Shown one piece after another: positions 39,366 through 51,379 of a stretch of 64,000 nucleotides of DNA. The position numbers were made by a program, and so were the translations under genes. The DNA comes from Octopus sinensis (taxonomy: Eukaryota), in NCBI RefSeq assembly GCF_006345805.1, contig NC_043004.1, positions 49,414,001-49,478,000 of the forward strand, in the 5' to 3' direction. Below the pieces are notes generated by a model, which saw only the letters and a list, made by a program, of their open reading frames with translations, did not search any database and was not told the DNA's origin. The stretch's first letter is position 1; every line of letters begins with the position of its first letter.

Positions 39366-39773
39366 ATACTCTTTTACTTGTTTCAGTCATTTTGACTGCG
39401 GCCATGCTGGAGCACCGCCTTTAGTCAACCAAATCGACCCCGCGACTTATTCTTTGTAAGCCCAGTACTTATTCTATCGGTCTCTTTTGCCGAACCGCTA
39501 AGTGACAGTGACGTAAACACACCAGCATCGGTTGTCAAGCAATGCTAGGGGGACAAACACTGACACACAAACATATACACACACATTTATATATATATAT
39601 ACATATATACAACAGGCTTCTTTCAGTTTCCGTCTACCAAATCCACTCACAAGGCATTGGTAGGCCCGGTGCTATAGCAGAAGACACTTGACCAAGATGC
39701 CACGCAGTGGGACTGAACCCGGAACCATGTGGTTGGTTAGCAAGCTACTTACCACACAGCCACTCCTGCGCCT
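39366..39773 (-). mobile_element. Family A SINE, young
   Basis: Near-exact reverse complement of the 15610 copy, inserted in (TA)n. Confidence 0.85.
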
Positions 39774-40216
39774 ATATATATATATACTCAATGCCAACAA
39801 ATTAATAAAGATGTAACCACTATACACACCTGAGGTGTGTAGAGAATATTTTGATGTCCATAAGATTCATCATCATCAGCATTGTTTAACGTCTGTTTTC
39901 CATGCTGGTATGGGTTAGATGGTTTGACTGAGAACTGGCAAGCTAGTAGGCTGCACCAGGCTCTAATCTGATCTGACAAGGTGTCTACAGCTGGATGCCC
40001 TTCCTAATGCCAGCCATTCTGAGAGTGTATTGGGTGCTTTATACATGTCACTGGCATTAACCACATTTGGATGGTGCTTTTTACATGCCACCAGCACAGG
40101 GAGCCAATCAGGCAGCACTGACATTGGCCACAACTACAATTTCCATTTTGATTTCAATTTTACTTGACACAGTAGGTCTTCTTAAACACAGCATATTACC
40201 CGACGATTCAAGGGTA

Positions 40217-40285
40217 CTTATTGTTATTATTATTACTATTATTATTACTATTATTATTACTATTATTATTACTATTATCATTGTT

Positions 40286-40341
<56 letters not shown>

Positions 40342-40380
40342 TGTTATTATTATCATCATTATTATTATCATTATTATTAT
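40217..40380 (+). repeat. (ATT/ACT/ATC)n microsatellite
   Basis: Directly visible; explains the poly-Ile ORFs. Confidence 0.95.
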
Positions 40381-40615
40381 GAAAGCGGTTTTTAGTCCCA
40401 GGTTATATCCAGCAGATATGACTGATGGCTTTCAATAGAGTGGGGTGAGAAAGAGATTTGACTGCTGTTTCTAGCATGTCAAGTGTCACAAATGGGTTAC
40501 TGTTGGTGCTGGTGGTAGTAACCTTGAGTAAAGTATGGTGCTGCTGTTGCTGCTGCGACTGCTGATGGTGAATGCATATTCCTCATGATATCTACTGTTG
40601 TTATTTCTGTTACAG

Positions 40616-40697
40616 TGGGCCAGAAATGTTGCCGCTACATCACATTCTCTGTATATAGGTGAACTTCAAGACAGACAGAATTTCTCAGAAACATTTA
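40616..40697 (+). CDS. RB1CC1: RB1CC1 coding exon 12 (WARNVAATSHSLYIGELQDRQNFSETF)
   Basis: Resembles human WAGALVKDGKRLYEAEKSKRESF. Acceptor ttacAG, donor GTGAGT, 82 nt. Confidence 0.9.
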
Positions 40698-41919
40698 GTG
40701 AGTAATTCCTTTTTATCTTCTCTCTTTCATTGCTGTTTATCTCTCAAGATGGTCCTCTTAATACAGCAGACATTCCTGCCATGACCATCTTATTTTTTTC
40801 TCTTCTTGGCTTTATGGTGTTACAGACTTTATTATCCAATGTATTTTTTATTAAAACAGTAAGGTGTAGTTTCTGAGAGATTTGATTACTAATTTTAGCA
40901 AATGAAATGACCATGTAGAAGCTCCCTTATTGGCTTGTTGTTGGTGAGTGAGGGCTAGTATTGTGTGTAATGAACTTGTTTACCATTTGTTGTTAGATAT
41001 TGTTGGTTTTACATGTCTTCTGACTCTGTTTTGGGAATCATTGATCATTTAGAAGTTGAATATCATCTGTTGGTCGTATGAAAGCACAAAACATATTGGT
41101 GAGGTGTGAAACGAAAACAGACTATTGATAAGAGCTCCTGTCCAAAATGTTTGTCCCTACTTTATCTCTTATCATAAGTACTGCATTGAGTGCTAGGACT
41201 CATAGAGTTGGTTACTCGATTTATTTCCCTGGTGTATGACTCAGGTCACAACATTCCCTCTGAATGAGGTGTCACTTTGTTGTAGGGTTACAGCTGACTG
41301 GACTGGAATTAAGTGTTTTGTGCAAGAGTACAACACACTGCTCAGTTAGAGTTAGTTAGGGTTGCGATTATGAGTGCAACACGCTAGCCACTGGGCCACA
41401 CATTTTCACTCTATCTCATATCACACCAATAATGGTTTTTTTGCTGGTATTTCTAATCCAGTTAACAATGACACAGACCATCACTATCTAACCTACCTAC
41501 ATTGGCTATTGCCCTTATTAACCACATAAAGCTCACCAATCTGGAGAAAACATGCAAGGTGATGAGCACTAACTTTGTACTAAATACCAAATACTAAAAA
41601 TTGACCCACTGGTTGTCTTCTGAACAGATCCTAACATTAATAGATAACTGATCTATAAACGGACACAACTGACCTTTGACTGTTTTGTTGACCATAGCTT
41701 TAGTTGCTATGTCTATTAGCTGCATAGTGTGTAAAGGGTCTTGATTGCCCCTTAATTGACCATAGCCTTATTAGCCTGTAAATATTCATGACAGATTAGT
41801 GGTCAGCAAGAAAACATTGTAATCCTAATATGAGGTCATTTAGGTTCTTTAGGTCCTTCATCCAACTGTAATCGTTACACCAGAAGCCACTGATGATTAT
41901 TTGTTTTCTTCCATTGCAG

Positions 41920-41978
41920 ATAAACATTTCATTCAGTCCCTGTTCCATGGCTTACATGATGAACCATCAAAGTTTGCT
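41920..41978 (+). CDS. RB1CC1: RB1CC1 coding exon 13 (NKHFIQSLFHGLHDEPSKFA)
   Basis: Resembles human LFRGLDSWPPSFC. Acceptor ttgcAG, donor GTAAGT, 59 nt phase 1->0. Confidence 0.9.
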
Positions 41979-43080
41979 GTAAGTCAATCAACTGTTATTT
42001 ATTGTTGTTGATGATTATATATTTTGGATCTTTCCATTTTCATCGGCAGATTGAGAAATTAATTTGTTGTAACTAAACACTTTCAAACTTCGGACACTGG
42101 TAGAATGTGTCACATAAAATATCTTTTACTCTTAATATTGTTGAGAAAAGTTTCTATTTACAAAGTTATTTCATGTTAAAGTTGTCGTATTTCGGTAATT
42201 TCAACCAATCAATGACGTGTATTCAGCTGAATAAAATTACTGCTGTTGTTTGTCAACAACAACTATCGGCGTTGTATATTTTGTTTGTCACTGTTATTTA
42301 TGACATCATTCATAACTCCAACCACTCCGTGAGTGTAGTGGGTGCTTTTTACGTGCCACCGGCACAGGTGCCAGGTGAGGCTGGCAACGGCCACGATTGG
42401 ATTGGTGCTTTTTACGTGCCACTGGCACGGAAGCCAGTCTAGGTGGCGCTGGCATCGGCCACGTTCGGATGGTGCTTTTTACGTGCCACCGGCACAGGGA
42501 TCACAACTGCAGTTTCCATTGATTTTTGATGTTGGTGTCCTTGACTTAATGGATCTCCTCAAGCACAGGGTCAAAACGGTGTTTTTTGACTTGCCACCTG
42601 CACAGGAGTCAATCCAGCAGCCCTGGCAACTGGCAAATGCAGAGCAATTTGTAAATATTTGTGTGCTGTATTTTTCAGTATACAAGTTTGCATAATATAT
42701 ATTGTAAACATGCAATGTTAAGATTCAAACATTGTCACTATCTTTCCAAATCCTGTTGCATTTTACATGGAATTTTTGGTCCTCTAAAGTTGTCTTGGTG
42801 TATAAGTCGACCTTTTTTTATTTTGGCTGTAAATTTTGGTCTGAAAAATTTGACATCTATGCTGGAAAATATGGTATATCTTTATATTTTAGCTACATAC
42901 TTTTACATTCTTTGTTCAATTCCCACTGAGGCTGGCTTTGTTTTCTCATCTTCCCAGCATCAGTAAACAATTTGATTGAGAGACAGGCCCCTGTTAGGGG
43001 TCTGTGAAACTTGAAGTTACATGGAACTGAATAGAGCTGTTTTAAATAATATATGTATACACACACGCACACAAAGATAT

Positions 43081-43430
43081 ATCATCATCATTTAATGTCC
43101 GTTGTCCATGCTGGCATGGGTCGGACAGTTTGACCAGGGCTGGTAAGTTGGGAGGCTGCATTAGACTCTAGCCTGATTTGGCATCGTTTTCTACGGCTGG
43201 ATATCCTTCCTAAGACTAACGACTCTGAGAGTGTACTGGGTGCTTTTACGTGCCACTGGCATGGGTGCCATTTGTGTGCCACCGGTATCTGCCGCGACTG
43301 CGATTTTGCTTGGCTTGATGGATCTTCTTCACAGGCATGACATAATGCCAAAGGTGTTGGTCATTGCCTCCATGAGGCTTAACACTCGAAAGGAACTCAG
43401 CACCTTGCCTCCGTGAGGGCCAATGCTCAA
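43081..43430 (-). mobile_element. RTE-associated SINE or LINE 3' end with (CAT)n tail (family D)
   Basis: Motif ccatgctggcatgggt...ctggat..ccttccta. Related copies at ~2260-2380, 16540-16690, 38200-38420, 39865-40215, 42313-42630 and 54270-54470. Confidence 0.65.
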
Positions 43431-43455
43431 TTGTTTCATATATATATATATAATA

Positions 43456-43852
43456 TCTTTTACTCTTTTGCTTGTTTCAGTCATTTGACTGCGGTCATGC
43501 TGGAGCACCACCTTTAGTCAAGCAAATCGACCCCAGGACTTATTCTTTGTAAGCCTAGTACTTATTCTATCGGTTTTTTTTGCCGAATTGCTAAGTTACG
43601 GGGATGTAAACACACCAGCATTGGTTGTCAAGCGATGTTGAGGGGACAAACAAAGACCCACAAACATATACACGCACATATACATATATATACATATATA
43701 CGACGGGCTTCTTTCAGTTTCCCTCTACCAAATCCACTCACAAGGCTTTGGTCAGCCCGAGGCTATAGTAGAAGGTGTCATGCAGTGGGACTGAACCCGG
43801 AGCCATGTGGTTGGTAAGCAAGCTACTTACCACACAGCCACTCCAATGCCTA
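43456..43852 (-). mobile_element. Family A SINE
   Basis: Reverse complement of the 10140 copy. Confidence 0.83.
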
Positions 43853-44442
43853 TATAAATAGAGCACGAATGCAGACCCCACACTTAAAAATAATATATAT
43901 ATCTTAGGTGAGTCTATAGTAAGTACAAGATTCCAGATGCTGTGCTGCAGGACTGAACCTAGCAAAATACAACTGACAGACTAAAAATTTATTTCCATTA
44001 TAATATAATATAATATAATATAATATAAGAAGATATAATATAATATAACATAACAAGTTAAAAAAACAACAAACAAATATAAAGCCAACTATTTGTTTTG
44101 ACTCACTATACTAGTGAGTTTATTAAAAAATTCACATATATCTTTTCGGTGTCAGGTGAATCATGTCTTGTTGATGACAATCACTAAACCATAGCAATGT
44201 TACCCTACTTCATTCACAGAACCACATAAAGGTTCCCTCTCCTTCCCTACTCACTGGGCCAAATCGAACTTCTACCTTTTTTTGAATCATATCAATTATT
44301 TCTCCCTATTCAGGGTGCCTTATCAACATTCCTTCATACTTAAGTCATTTCAATACTCTTCACCCTATTTATTGAGCCATGTCAATGTTCTTCTCCACCC
44401 CTGCTCACAAAACCTTATCAATGTTTCTTCTTCACCCTACAG

Positions 44443-44543
44443 ACAACCCCTCCACGTACTTTCGATCACAACATCCCAGAGATTACAAGTGATGACATTG
44501 AAAAGCTGAAAACGGCTGTTCCAGAATTAGCCAGTTCACTCGT
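44443..44543 (+). CDS. RB1CC1: RB1CC1 coding exon 14 (TTPPRTFDHNIPEITSDDIEKLKTAVPELASSL)
   Basis: Resembles human TQKPRKFDCELPDISLKDLQFL. Acceptor ctacAG, donor GTAAGT, 101 nt. Confidence 0.92.
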
Positions 44544-45099
44544 GTAAGTTTACATTGCTTTCATCTTCTTGCTGTTGTAGTTGTGTGGGTAATGTGGTGG
44601 TGATGCTGAGCAGTTTGATGCCAGGGTGTGTGTGATATGGGTCAATTGTTTGGGTTCTGCCAGCCCGTTTTGTTTTTCCTTCCCTAGCTTTTATAATTTA
44701 CTGTTGGTTGGAAGTATCTTTTACGGGGAAGGGTCAGTATCCATAATTGTTTAGTGTGTCATACACAGGCTGTCAGTGTCACTCGAAGGAAATTTTTTAA
44801 CGTTGAGTGGTTAGTGGAGTGATAGAGAGGTAGGAAGCAGTTACAAGGTGATGTAGTTCTTGGGTAGAAGGATTGTTACAATGCTTGGGTTAGTGTTAGA
44901 GGACGAAGGGGTTAGAGCAGTAGTGAAACCAAGTTTGTGTGGAGCCAGATAAATGCTTGAAACTGTGTCCCTGAGAGGTCAGTCATCCTTTAGATTTCCT
45001 GTTACTTATTTATCCACTTTTGTTAATTAATCTTCTACTGTTAATTCACTGAGAAAGACTAAATTTTTTCTTCTTCCTGTTTTTAATCCTGTTTTCCAG

Positions 45100-46720
45100 A
45101 ATGCCTCCAAAGAAAAATCTTTATAATCAACTTTGTGTGAATGTCAGTAAGCAAGTGTTTCAAGATCTTCGTAACATTTCTCCGGAGTTGGTTGAAGATA
45201 GGTTATCCTTAAAACTGACCAACAAAGAAGAGCAGAAGGAAGAAGCCAGTCAGTCAGCATCTGCCACTGATACTGCTACTGCTACATCTCAGAACATCTG
45301 TCCATTTACTATTGTCAACTCACCACATACTCAGAGTAGTGACAGTTATTGCCAAACCCTCCCCGTTGTTGATTTTGGCACGCATTCATCTGATGCAGCA
45401 GCTGTTGCCATTGATGAAGATTTTTGCATAGATAAAGAGGATTTAATGATAAAATCTGGATCTCCTGCTAAACAGGTTGGTGATACACAAGCAGGAGCCA
45501 GTGACAGCTACCGTCTCTCCTGTGACACCGATGCAGTCAGTCAGAGCGTTGAACAGAGCAGTGAGAGTGTTTCAAGTCGAAGACATCACTGGAAAGGTCA
45601 TCTGGCATCAGACACCTCTCCTGAAGTGGAAACTTCACAGGAATTCACAACAGCTGATTTTTACTTTGATGAATCTATGCCGTCGTCTATTGAAGCTCCG
45701 TTACATAAGGGGATACCAAAGGAAGACCTACAGAAGATGCTGCAGGAGAAGTGTGAACTGTCGGAGAAACTCTCTCGAGAACTGCAAGCCTGTCGTGCCA
45801 GCTTTGGTGTCACGTTAGACAAACTGAAGGCTCTTAAAAACACCACGGAACGCAGCCTGCCAGAGTTCCGGGAACAACTGTGTGAACTACATGAACTGAT
45901 GCGACAAAATCAAATTGATTTTATAAGAAATGCAAGTCATGTTGAGGAAAACCTCATGGATGCTATCCGTATGTTCAATGAGAATAAAGATAAAGAGCGT
46001 GCTGATAATTTCTTGGCTTTCCAGAAAGAACACGAAATTGCACTTCAGATGATGACTGAAAAATTGGGTAAGGCCAATGAACAGATTAAGGAGATGGAAC
46101 AAGAAAACAGTAGTCTTGAAGAGGAGCTGAGGCAGAATAAAAACCAGTGTGAGTTGCTTAGTCAAAAGATAAGTTTCTTGGAAGATGAGAAAGAGAAGAG
46201 TTTAAAGCAGTTAAGTGATAAGTGTGAGGAGATGGAGGTGAGGCTTGGTAAACAACATAGTGAGCATCAGGATCTCCTTGCACAGAAAAATGAGGAAATG
46301 TCTGAGAAAATGCAAGCTGTAGAGGAAGCAAAGCAGCTGCTGATTAAAGAACACACCGCTTCCTTAGAATCCCTGAAATTGGATTATGCAAACTTAGATG
46401 AGAAATATAAGTCGATGCAGTCCGAGTTAAATGAGGAGAAAGAGCAGGCATTACATTCACTACATAGTGAACTGTCCATCACTCATAATGCTGCCATGTC
46501 TGAGCTGAACCAAAATCTCACTTCCAAACTGACTGAGTGTGAGGCCAACTTAAAACAGACTCAAGCTGAGCTGCTAGAATACAGGCAGCTTGCTGCTCGG
46601 CCAAAACAGTGTGTTGGTCAGTGTCAGACTTCCGAATCTGTGATAAGTGTAGCTGATTTTGAGCAAAAACTCAGGGAATCCACTAGTGACTATGATACCA
46701 AACTTGAAGCTGAGAAAACG
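45100..46720 (+). CDS. RB1CC1: RB1CC1 coding exon 15: large exon with a Ser/Thr/acidic disordered region followed by a long coiled coil
   Basis: Supplied 564-aa ORF. Acceptor ttttccAG at 45099 is phase-compatible with exon 14. Donor acg|GTGAGA. 1621 nt, with heptad-rich E/K/L/Q composition as in the FIP200 coiled coil. Confidence 0.93.
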
Positions 46721-47669
46721 GTGAGAATCTGTTTACTTGCCTTCATTTTCCTTTTTGTCCCAATTTCTTTTGCTTACATGTTTTATGGTAAATAATTTCT
46801 TACCTACATTTGTGCATACATACACACACATAATTACACACTCGTGTGCACATTTACAAACCGCAATTACACACACCTACAAGCATATATGTACAAATAA
46901 TGTCTAGGATGATCTGTCTGTTCAGACTTAGGTTATTTATAACCTTAACATACATTATCAACTTAGCAGAAGATTAACCTTGACTTATACTTGGGATAAA
47001 AGATATGTTGTATATATACATGAACCCCACAAGCTATGCAACCCCTTGTTTTAATCATGTCTCAATGACAATGTATTTTATTTGTTTTTATGTGAAGAGT
47101 TTGAGAATAGTGTAAATAGAATAGATTACATTCTAATTTTAGGTTGTTTATTAAAAGTTATTTGAGATGATTCTGGAAATCTATTTAAAGTTTCAGTCAG
47201 CTGCTTCCTTGACCGGTGTCTTCCAGTTTATTAAAGTGTATCTATTTTTTAATGTTTTCTCCCTGTGATCACACACACATACACACACACACACTCTCTC
47301 TTCAATATTTTCAGTGCTGCAAATAATGTAAAAATGTTATATGTTTAGTGTAAAGACAAAAGGTCTAATGCAGAAGTATTTGTTGGTTTCTGTATTTCAG
47401 CCACCCAGAAGCACAATGTGTATTTTTTTTTTTTTTGCTAACTGGCCTTTTAATCTATTTTTACTCATTCGGGAGTTGTTTGGTTGTTAATTTTTACCTG
47501 TGAAGATGTAAAAATGATACCTCACCTCACAGTGACACTTTCATTCCTCTGTGTGATGTCTCACTTCTCTGTAACAGCGACACACGTCACTGTGATGCTG
47601 CACCTCTTTGTGACACTATCTTGTTGCATCATGATACTGATTCACTATGCTGTGACGACTCTCCATACT

Positions 47670-47750
47670 GTGTGAACTCACCACGCTGTAACGACTCACC
47701 ACGCTGTAACAACTCATCATGCTGTAACGACTCACCATGCTGTAACGACT
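47670..47750 (+). repeat. 18-bp minisatellite (ctcaccacgctgtaacga) within a degenerate ~400-bp array
   Basis: About four near-perfect units, decaying on both sides (~47500-47890). Confidence 0.75.
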
Positions 47751-49289
47751 TAGCGTTTCACTATGACTCACACTGCACTGTGACATCTCGTTACCCTATG
47801 ATACTCATTATGGCTCTGTCTCATTATTCTGTGAAGATGTGTTATCTCTGTCATGTCTCACTTCTCTCTGTGAAGCTGTCCTATCTCTCACACCTTCCTC
47901 ATTTTTAATTGAGATTGTAGATGAAAATATTTTTCCAATGTATATATATCTATTTTTGTATAATGGCAGGGATTTTAGGTATATGGCTGAGTAAACCAAA
48001 GATCAGGGTTTTATCCTTGCAGTAGTCTTTGTTGTGCTTCTAGTCAAGTTATATATTCACACCTACTAAATGCGGCTGATGTGAAATATTAGTTCCCATG
48101 TCTTAACACTTAATTCAGCCTCATATCTATAATATTTTGGCTACAATAATTTTGTTTTCACATCAGTAGAAACAGCTTGTTAACCTAGGGGTTGGGTGTT
48201 AACTGTAGAAAAGACAACTTCAGTTCGAACATTGCGTCTCCTGTTATGTTGCGACACATAGCATGCTGCCATAACTGTGCCTCAGTCTGTTTGGCTGATA
48301 ATAGATACTACATGTTACAGTTAAGTAGTTTGCACATTCAATAATTCACATGCTTATATCAAAAAATACAGAACCAGCCAACCATGTTATAACAGGGAAA
48401 AATACTTGAACTGTTGTAGCATATAAAATGAGACCAGAATACCCTTTCCTTACTCAGTCTGTAAAATCTACTCTTAGCTTACTGAGAATATTCAGTGAGT
48501 ATCTAAAACTACCAAAACCATCCTAAGTCTGTGATTCCAAAAAAGTTTCATATCAAAACTGCCATCCACATTGCCCCTCCCCTATTCAGTCAAAATAGAT
48601 GTAGGTTAGGTTCAATTTCTATTCTTTAGAGTTTCTCCTTAAATTGTTAAACCTTATTTTTCTTGGTGTTTCAATAGAGTAACACCAAGGGGTTTTCACT
48701 GAAACCCTACACATTCCACTATGTGGTTGTTTTTGTTATTGCCCAGGGCTTCTAATTCCTGCTGTAGCTGACCCCTGACTTGGCTGTGGCTAATCCAAAA
48801 GTATATCCCTCTGTTTTGTTTATTGTTATTGATGCTGGTGGCGGTGGTGGTGGTGGTGGTAGCACAGATGCAGAAGTGAGCCAGATATTTTTGTGGTATC
48901 TAGTTTGATGCCTTCCTGTTGTATGCTAAACCTGCTATGGTAGGATTTTGTCTTTCATCACTTCAGAATATCAATTAAGTACCAGTAATATATTTGGGTG
49001 AGATTTAATCTCCTTATACCTTTTTTTTTCTTTGGTAACTTAAAAAGTAAATTAATTTTTTTTTCATAATTTAGATACCCCACACCAAGTTCTTTGTGAG
49101 CTTACTCATTGTTTGGCCAGTTTCCATTCCTTGTTGGAATCATCTCACTTGATATTTTGTTGCTCTTGTTCTTGAAGAAGGCATAAATGTCACACAATTT
49201 CCTATCATAACAAAGCATTTCTGTAAATTAGCCAAGTCAAGTGTGTGTGTGTGTCTGTGAATATATATATATATATATATTTACACACA

Positions 49290-49506
49290 TGAGGTGGTAC
49301 TGAAAAGTTGCTAGCTTTAAGCGTATTGTGGAAGGCTTGGTTGGAGGCCCAAACTTCCAAGTTCTTTTACAGGGCTTACAGAAACTGAACGACTGCTGTA
49401 ATAAGTGTGTGAATCTGAGAGAAGGATATATTGAATAAAATCATAATTAACTAATCCCCCCGTATTTTCTTTCATCCAAAGCTAGAAATTTTTCAGTATC
49501 CCCTTG
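49290..49506 (+). mobile_element. Mariner-derived MITE
   Basis: Imperfect TIRs gaggtggtactgaaaagttgctagcttt / aaagctagaaatttttcagtatcccct. Internal remnant KLNDCCNKCVNLREGYIE resembles a mariner transposase C-terminus. Confidence 0.65.
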
Positions 49507-49530
49507 TATATTTGTGCATGTGTGTGAGAG

Positions 49531-49568
<38 letters not shown>

Positions 49569-49959
49569 ACTCTCATCAGTTAAATGGTAGAGTTGTCATC
49601 TGTTATTTAAACCCTGATTGAATAACTGCAAATAAAACTGCATGAAACCATTGGTATGGGATTACTGAATTCTGTTAAAAGAAATTATTTATTCATCCAT
49701 GTAGTGTTGAGCACTCGTTCTTCCAAAGTTCATCACTATCTGTCTAGCTGTATGTATATGTGTGTGTATATTTTTATAAAAGTATATTTTTGTATGTGTA
49801 CGTGTGTGCGTTTGTATATATATATATGTATATATATTTGGAGAGAAGATTTTTTCTCAAAGAATTAAGACTGAGAAAAGAACCCTTTTAGAAAGTCGAA
49901 AGACACTAACCTTTGGGAACTGATTTCATAAAATGTGTGTGGGCTTTGCTTTTATAGAT

Positions 49960-49995
49960 GTGCAAGCGCTTTCAGTTCTTAACGTTTTCAAGCAC
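49960..49995 (-). ncRNA. Minimal hammerhead-like motif (U3-A8 variant) at the 3' end of the Penelope element
   Basis: Minus strand reads gtgc-TTGAAAA-c-gtt(aag)aac-t-GAAA-gcgc-TT-gcac. 4-bp stem I, palindromic AGCGCT stem III, one mismatch at the base of stem II. Confidence 0.6.
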
Positions 49996-50738
49996 GTGTT
50001 ATTATATATAGTGAAAGTTGTTTTCAGTAAAATTGTTGTTGACTATTTCCAGTTTAGCTTCGGACTCAGAAATCTTATGAAATATTCTTCTTCTGCCTTC
50101 CGGAGAAGGCCGTTCTCTTCATTTATTTTATGAAGAGGGAAAATTGTAAATTTTCCTTGTGCACAGATGTCCAAATGATCACTACGTGGTATGCATCTAA
50201 GAGCGAGATTTTTTATTTGAAGTCTATGCACATTTACACGGTTGGTTAGTTTCATTTTTGTTTCCCCAATATAATGTTCATTGCATCGTGGGCATGTTTG
50301 TAGAATCCCAAGAACCACATTATTCTACAAACAGCCAAACGCCTTCTTCCATTTTTACACCAGTTCCCAAGTCTCCGATGCACAATCAAGGAACAACAAA
50401 TAATCAACAGCCGAAGGCAACCCCCAAATCTTAAGAAACTTCTAACCAAAGCAAGATTTGCATCAGAGAAAGAAATGATGCGAGTTACCAAATGTGGAGA
50501 CCCCCCCCCCCCGTTATGGGACATGTGATTTAATAGAACAGGGACCAACCGAAAAATTCAAGAATGGAAAAGAATTAAAGGTGGATGCAAATATAAACTG
50601 CAAATGCAAAAACCTGATATGTTGTATCACATGCCTACGATGCAACGAACATTATATTGGGGAAACAAAAATGAAACTAACCAACTGTGTAAATGTGCAT
50701 AGACTTCAAATAAAACATCTCGCTCTTAGATGCATACC

Positions 50739-50976
50739 TATACCTATTTCTTTACTACCCACAAGGGGCTAAACACAGAGAGGACAAACAAGGACAGACA
50801 AACGGATCAAGTCGATTATATCGACCCCAGTGCGCAACTGGTACTTAATTTATCGACCCCGAAAGGATGAAAGGCAAAGTCGACCTTGGCGGAATTTGAA
50901 CTCAGAACGTAACGGCAGACGAAATACGGCTATGCATTTCGCCTGGCGTGCTAACGATTCTGCCAAGCTCGCCGCC
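50739..50976 (-). mobile_element. Young Nin/Deu-domain tRNA-SINE (family B) inserted in the Penelope ORF
   Basis: Full-length copy with core gcctttcatcctttcggggtcgataaattaagtaccag. 13-bp TSD ttagatgcatacc at 50726-50738 and 50977-50989. Confidence 0.88.
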
Positions 50977-51379
50977 TTAGATGCATACCATGTAGTGATC
51001 ATTTGGACATCTGTGCACAAGGAAAATTTACAATTTTCCCCTCTTCATAAAATAAATGAAGAGAACGACCTTCTCCGGAAGGCAAAAGAAGAATATTTCA
51101 TAAGATTTCTGAGTCCGAAACTAAACCGGAAATTTAGTAAAATAACAATTTTACTGAAAACAACACTCTAAATATGTGTGTATGTGTGTGTGTATTTATA
51201 TATATATATTCACGCATACATACATACACACATATATACATATATATATATAAATAGGTGTGTGTGTGTAATTATGGGTGTTGAGTCCCCTTCATATGAA
51301 AAAGACAAAATTATAACTTAGAACTTTGATCAATAGAAAATAAAATATTTTTGAGACAGCAGTAAGTGCTGGTGTTTAT

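Larger units (their letters stand above)
49850..51170. mobile_element. Penelope-like retroelement remnant (GIY-YIG endonuclease) with an inverted partial copy
   Basis: + strand 50300-51170 encodes ...NLKKLLTKARF...CDLI...NCKCKNLICCITCLRCNEHYIGETKMKLTN.VNVHRLQI...EEYFIRFLSPKLN. The - strand 50300->49850 repeats the C-terminal half plus a 3' UTR. Confidence 0.85.

Noticed and set aside
40067-40438. Poly-isoleucine ORFs on both strands
   Set aside because: Artefact of the (ATT)n microsatellite.
47621-47908. Cys-rich CNDSPR-repeat ORF
   Set aside because: Product of an 18-bp minisatellite, with no splice sites or start context linking it to a gene.
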